A DNA stretch of 25,490 nt, counting the filler, from an uncultured virus (IMG/VR IMGVR_UViG_2512564001_000007) (lineage: Duplodnaviria; Heunggongvirae; Uroviricota; Caudoviricetes). It is 6 parts of one record of this genome, joined end to end, with 100 filler letters (N's around TTAATTAATTAA, not from the genome) between each part and the next. Parts side by side here need not be neighbours in the genome. Positions count along the whole stretch, not along the records: positions 1 to 752 come from IMGVR_UViG_2512564001_000007; positions 853 to 4,684 come from IMGVR_UViG_2512564001_000007; positions 4,785 to 12,551 come from IMGVR_UViG_2512564001_000007; 3 more parts are not named here. One strand, written 5' to 3'. Position 1 is the first letter of the stretch. Every line of letters begins with the position of its first letter. Position numbers and translations under genes: made by a program. The notes beneath the pieces were generated by a model. The model searched no databases. It had not been told where the DNA came from and worked only from the letters and a program-made list of their open reading frames with translations. Positions 1 to 7,043 of the stretch are shown here, piece by piece.

Positions 1-195
1 TTAATCAAATCGTTTACCCATCTCCCAATCCAGAATATCCTGTCGGGAAAAATTAAGCTCATCAGACCTAAACCGAGGGCGTGGAAAACCTTCCCGCCGT
101 TGTTTTCCATTACCCGCCCACTGCCTGATAGTGTGTATTGTCACTCTGTACCTTTTTGCCAGTTCACTGGTTTTGACAAAAGGGGATTCATTCAT
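1..195 (-). CDS. xis: Excisionase / AlpA-like winged-helix DNA-binding protein
   Basis: 64 aa, basic, with the pattern ELAKRYRVTIHTIRQW...FPRP...F...DILDWE typical of Xis/AlpA; last gene of the leftward operon; AGGAG RBS upstream. Confidence 0.75.
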   Translation of the reverse strand: MNESPFVKTSELAKRYRVTIHTIRQWAGNGKQRREGFPRPRFRSDELNFSRQDILDWEMGKRFD

Positions 196-278
196 AGGAT
201 TTTCTCCTTATTACATCGTTTCGATATTGCTAATTAGAGTAGGAAAATTCAGGTGGGTAATGACTTCTTGTTCTGTAA

Positions 279-524
279 CTATTTCTTCAATATGTCGAGG
301 AATACCCCCAAATAGACAATGAGTGCTGGCACTAACATAATGCCAATAACCAGTAGCTCTTGTCCGCCTAAATGAATATTGCCTAATTCACCACGTTTAA
401 ACCTGATTTGCGGGTCAATGACGGCATCGGCGTGCGCAATCTGACCAACAATGAGTTCGAAGGCAAACGCTGCACTGATAAACAATAATGTCGTGATTAA
501 TAGTTTGATGATGTTAAGTTTCAT
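279..524 (-). CDS. Small membrane protein (81 aa, two hydrophobic segments)
   Basis: Start re-assigned to the ATG at 524 (MKLNIIKLLITTLLFISAAFAF...) behind an AAAGG RBS; second hydrophobic stretch LLVIGIMLVPALIVYLGVFL. Confidence 0.6.
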   Translation of the reverse strand: MKLNIIKLLITTLLFISAAFAFELIVGQIAHADAVIDPQIRFKRGELGNIHLGGQELLVIGIMLVPALIVYLGVFLDILKK

Positions 525-546
525 GGTTGAACCTTTTAAAATTGGC

Positions 547-723
547 TTATTTCTTAACGCAAATCGCTTTGGCGTTGATATCCTTGAACGTTTCAAACTC
601 ACGCTCAAACTGTTTAGCGGCAAATTGACACATGTTCTCAGTGTCAAATTCCTGAGTATGAACACTTGCAAAGTCATTTGATGCGTAAGGGCTGGCGTAC
701 ATGGCCAAGATTAAAATCCACAT
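547..723 (-). CDS. Small phage protein (58 aa), below the ORF-track cutoff
   Basis: MWILILAMYASPYASNDFASVHTQEFDTENMCQFAAKQFEREFETFKDINAKAICVKK with a GGAG RBS; hydrophobic N-terminus and two Cys; fills the space before the 279-524 gene. Confidence 0.7.
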   Translation of the reverse strand: MWILILAMYASPYASNDFASVHTQEFDTENMCQFAAKQFEREFETFKDINAKAICVKK

Positions 724-752
724 GGTGGGCTCTCCGTTGTTAATAAGAATGA

Positions 753-852
753 NNNNNNNNNNNNNNNNNNNNNNNNNNNNNNNNNNNNNNNNNNNNTTAA
801 TTAATTAANNNNNNNNNNNNNNNNNNNNNNNNNNNNNNNNNNNNNNNNNNNN
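753..852. other. Artificial contig linker / assembly gap
   Basis: N44-TTAATTAATTAA-N44, which stops all six frames. Confidence 0.98.
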
Positions 853-861
853 CCATCCTTA

Positions 862-1560
862 TCAGGCGGTTACGGAAAAACGCCCCATTTTAGGGTGATA
901 CCACTGACTGCCGCGTTTCTCAGACTCAAGCATCATCGTATCCAGCGCGTATTTAAATGCTTCTTCCTCAACTACCGACATTTGGGTAATCTGACCACCT
1001 GGCGCTACATGGGGCACTTTTTTATAAGGCACATTCCACGCCATCACTAACTGGCGACATTTCGCATCGCTTAAGCCATATTTTGTTTTAAGATAGCTAT
1101 AACCTTGGAAATCCGCGGGGATAGTGCCTTGTTTTATATGTTCGATTTCTTCCGAAACTTGTTCTACCTGATGCTCGATACTCTTTAACCGACGCTCCTG
1201 TGCAACGTTAGCTAACGCCATTGCTGCGATAATTTCATTGGCGCTTTGTGGTTTGCTTTGCTGCTCCAGTTTATCAATCAGTGAACGGCGAACGGCTTTC
1301 GATTCACGGGCGGCAACACGAAGCGCTTGCTTAAGCATCATTTCGATAATTTCAATATCAGCGCCGTTTTTTTGACCTACACTTTTTGTGTAGGTCTCTC
1401 CTTCAAGTTCATCTTTAACCTTTTCAATAAATTTGTTGTTTCTAATTGGTGGTTCGCCGTGTTCTTTTCGTGTTTCGTTGACCATTAGCAGTAATTGTTG
1501 CGAGTCAATCGTTTCGTTATTGGAAAGTGTGACATTTGGTACATTCATTAAATTTTGCAT
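862..1560 (-). CDS. Phage DNA-binding regulatory protein, antirepressor/Rha/Roi-like
   Basis: ATG at 1560 with GAGG RBS; N-domain TIDSQQLL...VAARESKAVRRSLIDKLE and coiled-coil linker resemble phage antirepressor families; directly downstream of the ORF6N gene. Confidence 0.6.
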   Translation of the reverse strand: MQNLMNVPNVTLSNNETIDSQQLLLMVNETRKEHGEPPIRNNKFIEKVKDELEGETYTKSVGQKNGADIEIIEMMLKQALRVAARESKAVRRSLIDKLEQQSKPQSANEIIAAMALANVAQERRLKSIEHQVEQVSEEIEHIKQGTIPADFQGYSYLKTKYGLSDAKCRQLVMAWNVPYKKVPHVAPGGQITQMSVVEEEAFKYALDTMMLESEKRGSQWYHPKMGRFSVTA

Positions 1561-1588
1561 ATAAAAATTCCTCAATAATGAAATTGAT

Positions 1589-1614
1589 GAAAAATTGCCC
1601 CTATAAAAAGGGGC
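1589..1614 (-). terminator. Putative intrinsic terminator between the two antirepressor-like genes
   Basis: GCCCCT/AGGGGC stem followed by AATTTTT on the minus strand. Confidence 0.5.
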
Positions 1615-1626
1615 GTTAAGATTAAA

Positions 1627-2409
1627 TTAGTGACGTTCTAAGAAGTGGGTCAACTCACCTTCATACCACTGATCGGTGCGTGCGGTGATTATCCCGATTT
1701 GTTGATGGTGGAATTGCTCAAAAAGCTGTTTTATTTCCGCTAATACAGTATCGATGTTCTCACGTTTACGCAAAAGTCGTTTGATCGTTTGCTTTTCAGC
1801 GTCATTGATAATCTGGCGTAGTGCCTCGGTGATGTAGTAAATGCGTCTGCATTCGTCAGCCATTAACGGGATATGCTCTACCTGAAAACGCTCCGGTGAG
1901 GGTGTGCCAGTTACTTCGCGTAACGCTAGCCACACCGCATTACTCCATGAACGCTCAAAACGGAAGCCATTTGTCATACACCAAACTAAATGCGTCAGGT
2001 TACGAGTATCGGAGTGGGTAAAACGCTCTGCGGCTTTCGTTTGGGGTTGAGAATTGTTAACTTTTTTTGAATTAAAGTAACAATCTTCTAGTTGTTCGAA
2101 TACATCCCATGCTTTATCTGTTTCAAGCATTTTTGCGTGGCGAGCGGCTCCTCGTTCTGTCCAAAGTATGAGACTGCGAGTTTTGGCAGATATTTGTGAC
2201 TCGCTAAAAGATAGTCGCAAATTATTTAAGCATTCACCCGTAATTTTGAAGAAATGCTTACCTTCAATAAATCTACTATTGTTACGGTTATAATTTTGTT
2301 GAATCCTAATTACTTCGGTACCATACAAGTTAGCAAGTAGTTCAGTAGTGATAACAGGTATATTATCGTGAGTTAGAACTTTAAGGTTATCAAGAATGAT
2401 GGTGTTCAT
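1627..2409 (-). CDS. ORF6N-domain phage antirepressor
   Basis: PVITTELLANLYGT...IQQNYNRNNSRFIEGKHFF...LILWTERGAARHAKMLETDKAWDVFEQLEDCYF matches the ORF6N domain; lies downstream of a c4-like cassette. Confidence 0.85.
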   Translation of the reverse strand: MNTIILDNLKVLTHDNIPVITTELLANLYGTEVIRIQQNYNRNNSRFIEGKHFFKITGECLNNLRLSFSESQISAKTRSLILWTERGAARHAKMLETDKAWDVFEQLEDCYFNSKKVNNSQPQTKAAERFTHSDTRNLTHLVWCMTNGFRFERSWSNAVWLALREVTGTPSPERFQVEHIPLMADECRRIYYITEALRQIINDAEKQTIKRLLRKRENIDTVLAEIKQLFEQFHHQQIGIITARTDQWYEGELTHFLERH

Positions 2410-2451
2410 TTTTCGTATCCTTTTCTAGAGGAAAGCCTGAACGGCTCAGGC

Positions 2452-2528
2452 GGCCAAGTGCTAGAAACTTGTACGAAGGCAAGCGGGCTTATTCCCATTA
2501 CTGGTATTTTATTCACCCACACTCGGCC
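2452..2528 (-). ncRNA. c4-like antisense RNA
   Basis: 77-nt element closed by a 9-bp stem (GGCCGAGTG/CACTTGGCC). It contains TTCGTA and GTTTCTAGCAC, complementary to an upstream target (2582-2602) and to a downstream target over the ant RBS (2412-2428). Confidence 0.75.
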
Positions 2529-2547
2529 ATATCTAAAATATGGACAC

Positions 2548-2602
2548 AAAAAAACCGCTGAACTAACGGGCGCGGTTGCCGTTCGTAAGGTGTTTCTAGC
2601 AC
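2548..2602 (-). promoter_or_regulatory. c4 a1/b1-like target with terminator hairpin
   Basis: Minus strand GTGCTAGAAAC-N4-TACGAA followed by an AACCGC/GCGGTT hairpin and a T-run (2548-2577). Confidence 0.65.
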
Positions 2603-2610
2603 CTAAACGA

Positions 2611-2640
2611 ACTATAGCGCATGATTTCTTCTTTCGTCAA
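2611..2640 (-). promoter_or_regulatory. Sigma70 promoter for the c4-ant operon
   Basis: TTGACG-N18-TATAGT directly upstream of the a1/b1 target. Confidence 0.6.
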
Positions 2641-2686
2641 TGGTTATTGTTAGGTTATACTTACCTAAACACAGGGGGATTTCTTT

Positions 2687-3007
2687 ATGGGCCAATTTGC
2701 ATTTGATACTTTACAAGCGTCAGAAGAGCTTGAAAGTGCAGGTATTTCCAGAGAGCAAGCTAAGGCTATTTCGCTTGTTGTGCGTAAGTCTCACGAGGTT
2801 GCTGATGTAGCGACTAAAGCGGATATCATTGAACTTAAACGTGATATAGCTGATGTTCGCAAAGACATGGAGATAGTTCGCAAAGACCTACAACTTGAGA
2901 TGTCAGGTATTCGTGCTGAACAAAAGTTAATGCGCTGGATGTTAGGTGCCGGTATTTTGGGTATCCTTTCTCTGGTGGTAAAAGCGTTTTTAATGCCAGC
3001 ACTATAA
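2687..3007 (+). CDS. DUF1640/CCDC90-like coiled-coil membrane-anchored protein
   Basis: FDTL...L..AG.SREQAKAI...VATKADI, heptad repeats (DVRKDMEIVRKDL) and a C-terminal transmembrane helix (WMLGAGILGILSLVV); opposite strand to its neighbours. Confidence 0.8.
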   Translation: MGQFAFDTLQASEELESAGISREQAKAISLVVRKSHEVADVATKADIIELKRDIADVRKDMEIVRKDLQLEMSGIRAEQKLMRWMLGAGILGILSLVVKAFLMPAL

Positions 3008-3018
3008 ATTACTATCAT

Positions 3019-3094
3019 GGGTTATTAGCTCAGTGGGTAGAGCAGTGGACTCTTAATCCATCGGTCGCAGGTTCGAGCCCTGCATAGCCCACCA
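3019..3094 (+). tRNA. tRNA-Lys (anticodon CUU)
   Basis: 76-nt cloverleaf: acceptor GGGTTAT/ATAGCCC, D-arm GCTC/GAGC, anticodon arm GTGGA-CTCTTAA-TCCAT, T-arm GCAGG-TTCGAGC-CCTGC, discriminator A and encoded CCA. Confidence 0.95.
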
Positions 3095-3096
3095 TT

Positions 3097-3291
3097 TTAC
3101 TGATGGCTTTTTGCCAATCGCTTATTCTCTTTTCTCAAGTACTGGTTTTCTTCTGCCAGTAGTTGAATCATATTGATTAATGTTCTGGTTTCCTCATCAG
3201 CGTAAACGGGTTGTTCCAGGTTAAGCAGATAATGGTGGTTGTTACTGGGATTAGTAAGTGCAATGGTTTCACTCATATTATCTAATTTCAT
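3097..3291 (-). CDS. Hypothetical protein with C-terminal coiled coil
   Basis: 64-aa ORF with GAGGAG RBS; LAEENQYLRKENKRL. Confidence 0.55.
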   Translation of the reverse strand: MKLDNMSETIALTNPSNNHHYLLNLEQPVYADEETRTLINMIQLLAEENQYLRKENKRLAKSHQ

Positions 3292-3379
3292 TTTTGAGAC
3301 TCCTCGGGTTATTTACACGTTACATATCAAATTTTCCTTAAGATAAATTGAGTAAAAATCACTCATATTTTTGAGCGGT

Positions 3380-3414
3380 GCCTGATTGTTTAACCACCTC
3401 AGGCGGCGGTAGTT
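3380..3414 (-). ncRNA. Predicted H-type RNA pseudoknot
   Basis: AACUACC-GCC-GCCUGA-GGUGGUU-AAACAA-UCAGGC: S1 7 bp, S2 6 bp, A-rich loop 3. Confidence 0.5.
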
Positions 3415-3422
3415 CCCTGGTG

Positions 3423-3977
3423 TTAACTTGCCAATAACTCTTCTTCCTCAGCCATGCTCAGGTCGTCAAATTCGTCAACGGAGGCCACACTTCCACCGCT
3501 AAATGCATCACCATCCCGGAAAAACTGAACGCCTCTTAATGACGCTGAAACGCCTTTACCATTATTGTCATAGGCATAAAACTCAATGGTGGCGTTAACG
3601 TAGCAGCCTGAGTAGGGGCGACCATCCTGTGCGGTTAACGGTGAGGTATTGCGGTCAATGACTAACGGACGGGATTTATTACTGGCGCTGATATACAGGT
3701 TTCCGGCGTAGCCGTCGTATTCTTTATTGTCGCCATCGCGGAAGCAAAAATGGTTAGGATTATTGCAGATGTTATTATAGATTTTTTCGATATCCTTGGT
3801 GCCCCATTTCTCGCCAATCACGTGTTTGATCCCGGCTTTGATTTCCTCAATCAAGTGAGTACGATTTTTGGCGATTAGGAAAGTGGCACGGTATTTAAAT
3901 TCACTCTGACCACTAAACTGAGAGGGTTCAAATAAATCAGGAAAAGCCAGACGTACGTTGTTTAATTTGATTTTCAT
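3423..3977 (-). CDS. DUF2815-family phage ssDNA-binding protein (APSE P50-like)
   Basis: KLNNVRLAFPDLFEP...RDGD...YSGCYVNA...GVSASLRGVQFFRDGDAFSGG and an acidic C-terminal tail. Confidence 0.9.
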   Translation of the reverse strand: MKIKLNNVRLAFPDLFEPSQFSGQSEFKYRATFLIAKNRTHLIEEIKAGIKHVIGEKWGTKDIEKIYNNICNNPNHFCFRDGDNKEYDGYAGNLYISASNKSRPLVIDRNTSPLTAQDGRPYSGCYVNATIEFYAYDNNGKGVSASLRGVQFFRDGDAFSGGSVASVDEFDDLSMAEEEELLAS

Positions 3978-3992
3978 AGTGTTACCTTTTAA

Positions 3993-4684
3993 TTAAATGG
4001 ATTTATCAGCGAGTGATGCTTCGGTCACATCGTCGAAGTCGTTTAAGGGGTTAGTAATAATGGCAGGTCTTGGGTCTGATTCCGGTGCGATGACGGGTTT
4101 ACCGTCTGCTCGTTCAATAAGTGCTTCCAGTTTTGCCCAGCGACTCGGTTTGTCTTTTTTAAGCAATTTTTCAGCCTGTGGTGGACTGATAATTTTCTTG
4201 TGGTAGATTTGTTCCTGTTTAAGTTTGGCATTTTTTAACAGTGCTTCGGCTTCACGCTCATCACTCCAGGTGCGATTACCCTGTTTGCCAGTCACCAGTT
4301 TAAAGCCCGGTACCGATTGCCCGTTGTGTAATGTTTCGGCGACCCGATTTCGCAGGGCTTTACAAAAGCTCTCTATCAAATCAACATGCTGGTAGAGTTT
4401 TGCCATTTGTGCAGGGGTTAGCAGCGTAATGCGTTTGATAGCATCACTTAGTTGGGGGTTCAAAGGCTGGGTTAAATCGACAAAATCGCCTCTGACTTCA
4501 TTATGGACAAACTGCGCCTGAGCAAAACACAATCCGCCTTTTGCTTTGCAGAACTGGCATTGCTTGATACCCGGTGAAAAGGCACTATCCGGTAGCGCAT
4601 CAAGCCCGTCGCGCTCGGCGAGGGTTGCCATCTCCATGGCTTTTTTCGCGCCTGATTTAGCCTGTTCGCCAAATTCTTTTAACT
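3993..4684 (-). CDS. DUF2800-family Cas4-like/PD-(D/E)XK nuclease, C-terminal part (5' end in gap)
   Basis: PG.KQCQFCKAK...C Cys cluster and VPGFKLVTGKQGNRTWSDE...SPPQAEKLL; usual position upstream of a DUF2815 SSB. Confidence 0.85.
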
Positions 4685-4784
4685 NNNNNNNNNNNNNNNN
4701 NNNNNNNNNNNNNNNNNNNNNNNNNNNNTTAATTAATTAANNNNNNNNNNNNNNNNNNNNNNNNNNNNNNNNNNNNNNNNNNNN
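4685..4784. other. Artificial contig linker / assembly gap
   Basis: N44-TTAATTAATTAA-N44. Confidence 0.98.
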
Positions 4785-5555
4785 AGCCTCACTGCGAAGC
4801 GCCTTAAAATCAATCGTTTTGGCTTCTGCAGGGGTAGGCAATTCACGCACTAATGACAAGGCAAATTCGCGACGATCGGTAATGCCAAAGAGATTGTCCC
4901 AATTAGCCAATATTTTTAGGCATATCGTAAATATTTTGGCTTTGGGAAGAAATGTCACTTTAGGTAACCCATTCAAGGCACAATACAGCGCATCAATTTG
5001 CCCAGTGATGCTATCAGCTTTCTCGGATGCAAGCGTTGCTGTGGCTTCGACGACTTGCGTACTGTCAGGTTTAAGCGCTTTGTCACCAAACAAGACGGAT
5101 AGGGCGACGACGTGACGCAAATCAAGCGATTCAATATCAACCGGTTCGGGCTTAGGTTCAGGTTCAGGCGCTACTTTAGGGGTTTCAACAATCGGTTTAA
5201 CGGCTTTAGCAGGTTTGGTTTCTGCCCGAAGGGTTTTAACCTTTTTCTCGGCGACAACCGGTGTTGGTTTGTCTTCAGCGCTAGCGGGCACTTCGATAGT
5301 AATTTTAGGCTCAATCACTTCTTGAGGCTCAACCATAGCTGATGGCACGACAGGTTGAGGCTTAACGTCCGGTGTGAAGGGTTTTGGTTTGTTCGCCCTT
5401 GTCGATTCATTTGGGTCACTCGGGTCATTTTCAGTATGTGCGACCAACTGACTAATTAACATTTTATGGGCTTCGGCCAGTTGATTGTGCGCCATGATCA
5501 TTTGCGTGTGGTTTTCTGCCAGTCTTGCCAGCAGGGGTGTATTTGTGGTAAGCAT
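4785..5555 (-). CDS. Hypothetical phage protein with Pro/Glu/Lys-rich linker (3' end in gap)
   Basis: Open for more than 256 codons with a GAGG RBS; N-terminal coiled coil and low-complexity PEPEPKPEP linker; upstream of DUF2800 as in APSE-like phages. Confidence 0.75.
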
Positions 5556-5567
5556 TATGCGTTGACC

Positions 5568-5702
5568 TCAACGGTATATAGTGACAGGGAACTGGTGATT
5601 GCCATTGCGTTTTAACGCTTCTAATTTTTGTAAATAGCGTAAACGCCGGACGTTGTTGTTCATCGGAAATCGCTCCGATGACAGGATTTTTGCTTTTTGC
5701 AT
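5568..5702 (-). CDS. Small basic protein (44 aa), below the ORF-track cutoff
   Basis: MQKAKILSSERFPMNNNVRRLRYLQKLEALKRNGNHQFPVTIYR; its stop overlaps the RBS of the next gene. Confidence 0.5.
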   Translation of the reverse strand: MQKAKILSSERFPMNNNVRRLRYLQKLEALKRNGNHQFPVTIYR

Positions 5703-5847
5703 GGTGGTTTTTCCGATGGAATGGGTTAGATAGGGGATGCCTGATTATTTCTGGCGCATTAATCGGCAGTGGTTCGTTTGTTGTTTCCTAGTACATAAGG
5801 TTGTGTTATATTTATTTTTCAATAGCACTAACGGATGAGGTTTTTGT

Positions 5848-6105
5848 ATGGTTCATAATTCAGCTGAAGGAAAGGTAATCAAGGAGATTGAAATCGAAAC
5901 TGCGGCTTTAAACCGTATTGTTTTTTGCCTTGTTAAATTGTTAACTGAAGAACAAAGAGAAGATATTTATCACCATTTAAAGAAAATTAGCAACAACTTG
6001 ACAAAATCTATGGAAGATAATTCTGCTGTTGATAAGTTTCTTTATGAGAGGGAGCGAGAAATTCACAAGCACATTGTTAATCTTTTTGCTAATAAAATAA
6101 ATTAA
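5848..6105 (+). CDS. Hypothetical protein (AT-rich, moron-like)
   Basis: 85-aa helical ORF with GAGG RBS, against the operon direction. Confidence 0.65.
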   Translation: MVHNSAEGKVIKEIEIETAALNRIVFCLVKLLTEEQREDIYHHLKKISNNLTKSMEDNSAVDKFLYEREREIHKHIVNLFANKIN

Positions 6106-6353
6106 TAATTGCCATTCTTTTCTATTTTTATTATTGATTTGTAATCATCTTCATCGCATTTAATTTCATTGCCTTGGTGGCAGTGGTTGCAAATTTTTAT
6201 TTCATTAATGTTAATAGTTGTTTGATCTGATTTTAAGCTATTTCTTAAAAGTTTTTCTATCAATTTTAACTGACCTCGAAGTCTATATGTCAGATTTTCT
6301 GCATTTAACTTATTCTCCATACGGTCATAAATTTTTGCTTCTTTCTTTTGCAT
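6102..6353 (-). CDS. Hypothetical protein with CxxC motif
   Basis: 83 aa, strong GGAGGT RBS, CNHCH motif, very AT-rich. Confidence 0.55.
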   Translation of the reverse strand: MQKKEAKIYDRMENKLNAENLTYRLRGQLKLIEKLLRNSLKSDQTTININEIKICNHCHQGNEIKCDEDDYKSIIKIEKNGNY

Positions 6354-6457
6354 AATACCTCCAGTAAAATTTCTATATATTACCCAATAATACAGTTATA
6401 GATTACCGGATAATAGAATAAATTTCATATAATTATTTTTGAGTAGTTTAACAAATT

Positions 6458-6511
6458 TTAAAATGTGTGCTGCCCTGCGCTAGATTCATAATAGCACTGA
6501 AAGTTAAACAT
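6458..6511 (-). pseudogene. Remnant of an N antiterminator gene (17 codons)
   Basis: GGAGGTAATATGTTTAACTTTCA versus GGAGGTAATATGTGTAACTTTCA at the intact N (23723). The peptide MFNFQCYYES... parallels MCNFHGYDNA..., then stops, with no Arg-rich motif. Confidence 0.65.
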
Positions 6512-6532
6512 ATTACCTCCTAAATACAAATC

Positions 6533-6650
6533 GGTTTTGGCGGTGTGTGCCCGAGGTATCCGGATTATATCTACAGCCATATTGGTAGTACCCTGGTGTT
6601 GGTTTTTAACTTAATGACTGTATTTTGGTTTTTTCACACACCCCAAAACC
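6533..6650 (-). promoter_or_regulatory. Lambda N-leader-like RNase III processing stem (copy 1)
   Basis: GGTTTTGGGGTGTGTG ... CACACACCGCCAAAACC closing stem; 108/118 identical by manual count to 23588-23705. Confidence 0.75.
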
Positions 6651-6786
6651 CACTGGAAACCAGCAGAAATACGTAGCTTATCACTTGCTGATAGCTTATT
6701 TGTTATTGATGAAGAACTCCAAATTGACAAACTGCCAGAAGAAGCAAAGTCATTTATCGAACAGATTAAAATTCCTGAAAATTACA

Positions 6787-7026
6787 TTACTGCTTATTCA
6801 CTTTTAGAAGCGGACTGGGCTCCCAAGGAAAACTCAGTTTATCTGATGTAAAGAAATTATCAGCGCGCTCTAACATCAGCTCTACCTCTGATAGCCGCTT
6901 AGTCAAGGCGGCTCTTTCTTTTTTTAGATTGTTGTAATGCGCTAAGGCGGTTTTTTGCTCAGCCAACCAATCCTCAAGTTCTTCACTGCTTAAATTCGGG
7001 TTGAAAAAATAAGGTTTTTTATTCAT
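6787..7026 (-). CDS. Hypothetical coiled-coil phage protein
   Basis: 79 aa with GAGGA RBS; PYFFNPNLSSEELEDWL followed by a coiled coil. Confidence 0.7.
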   Translation of the reverse strand: MNKKPYFFNPNLSSEELEDWLAEQKTALAHYNNLKKERAALTKRLSEVELMLERADNFFTSDKLSFPWEPSPLLKVNKQ

Positions 7027-7043
7027 GAATTTATATCCTCGGC

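Noticed and set aside
2458..2706. 82-aa plus-strand ORF over the c4 region
   Set aside because: No clear RBS; it overlaps the structured RNA, its promoter and the DUF1640 start.
3019..3094. tRNA as the prophage attachment site
   Set aside because: It lies among phage genes, no duplicated 3' fragment is visible and no integrase is adjacent.
3399..3425. Stop-codon read-through signal (stop, 8-nt spacer, pseudoknot, as in MuLV)
   Set aside because: An in-frame TGA follows after only seven codons, so read-through would add almost nothing; the geometry is probably coincidental.
3993..4684. Cas4-like protein as part of a CRISPR system
   Set aside because: No array or other cas genes; DUF2800 next to an SSB is a common phage module.
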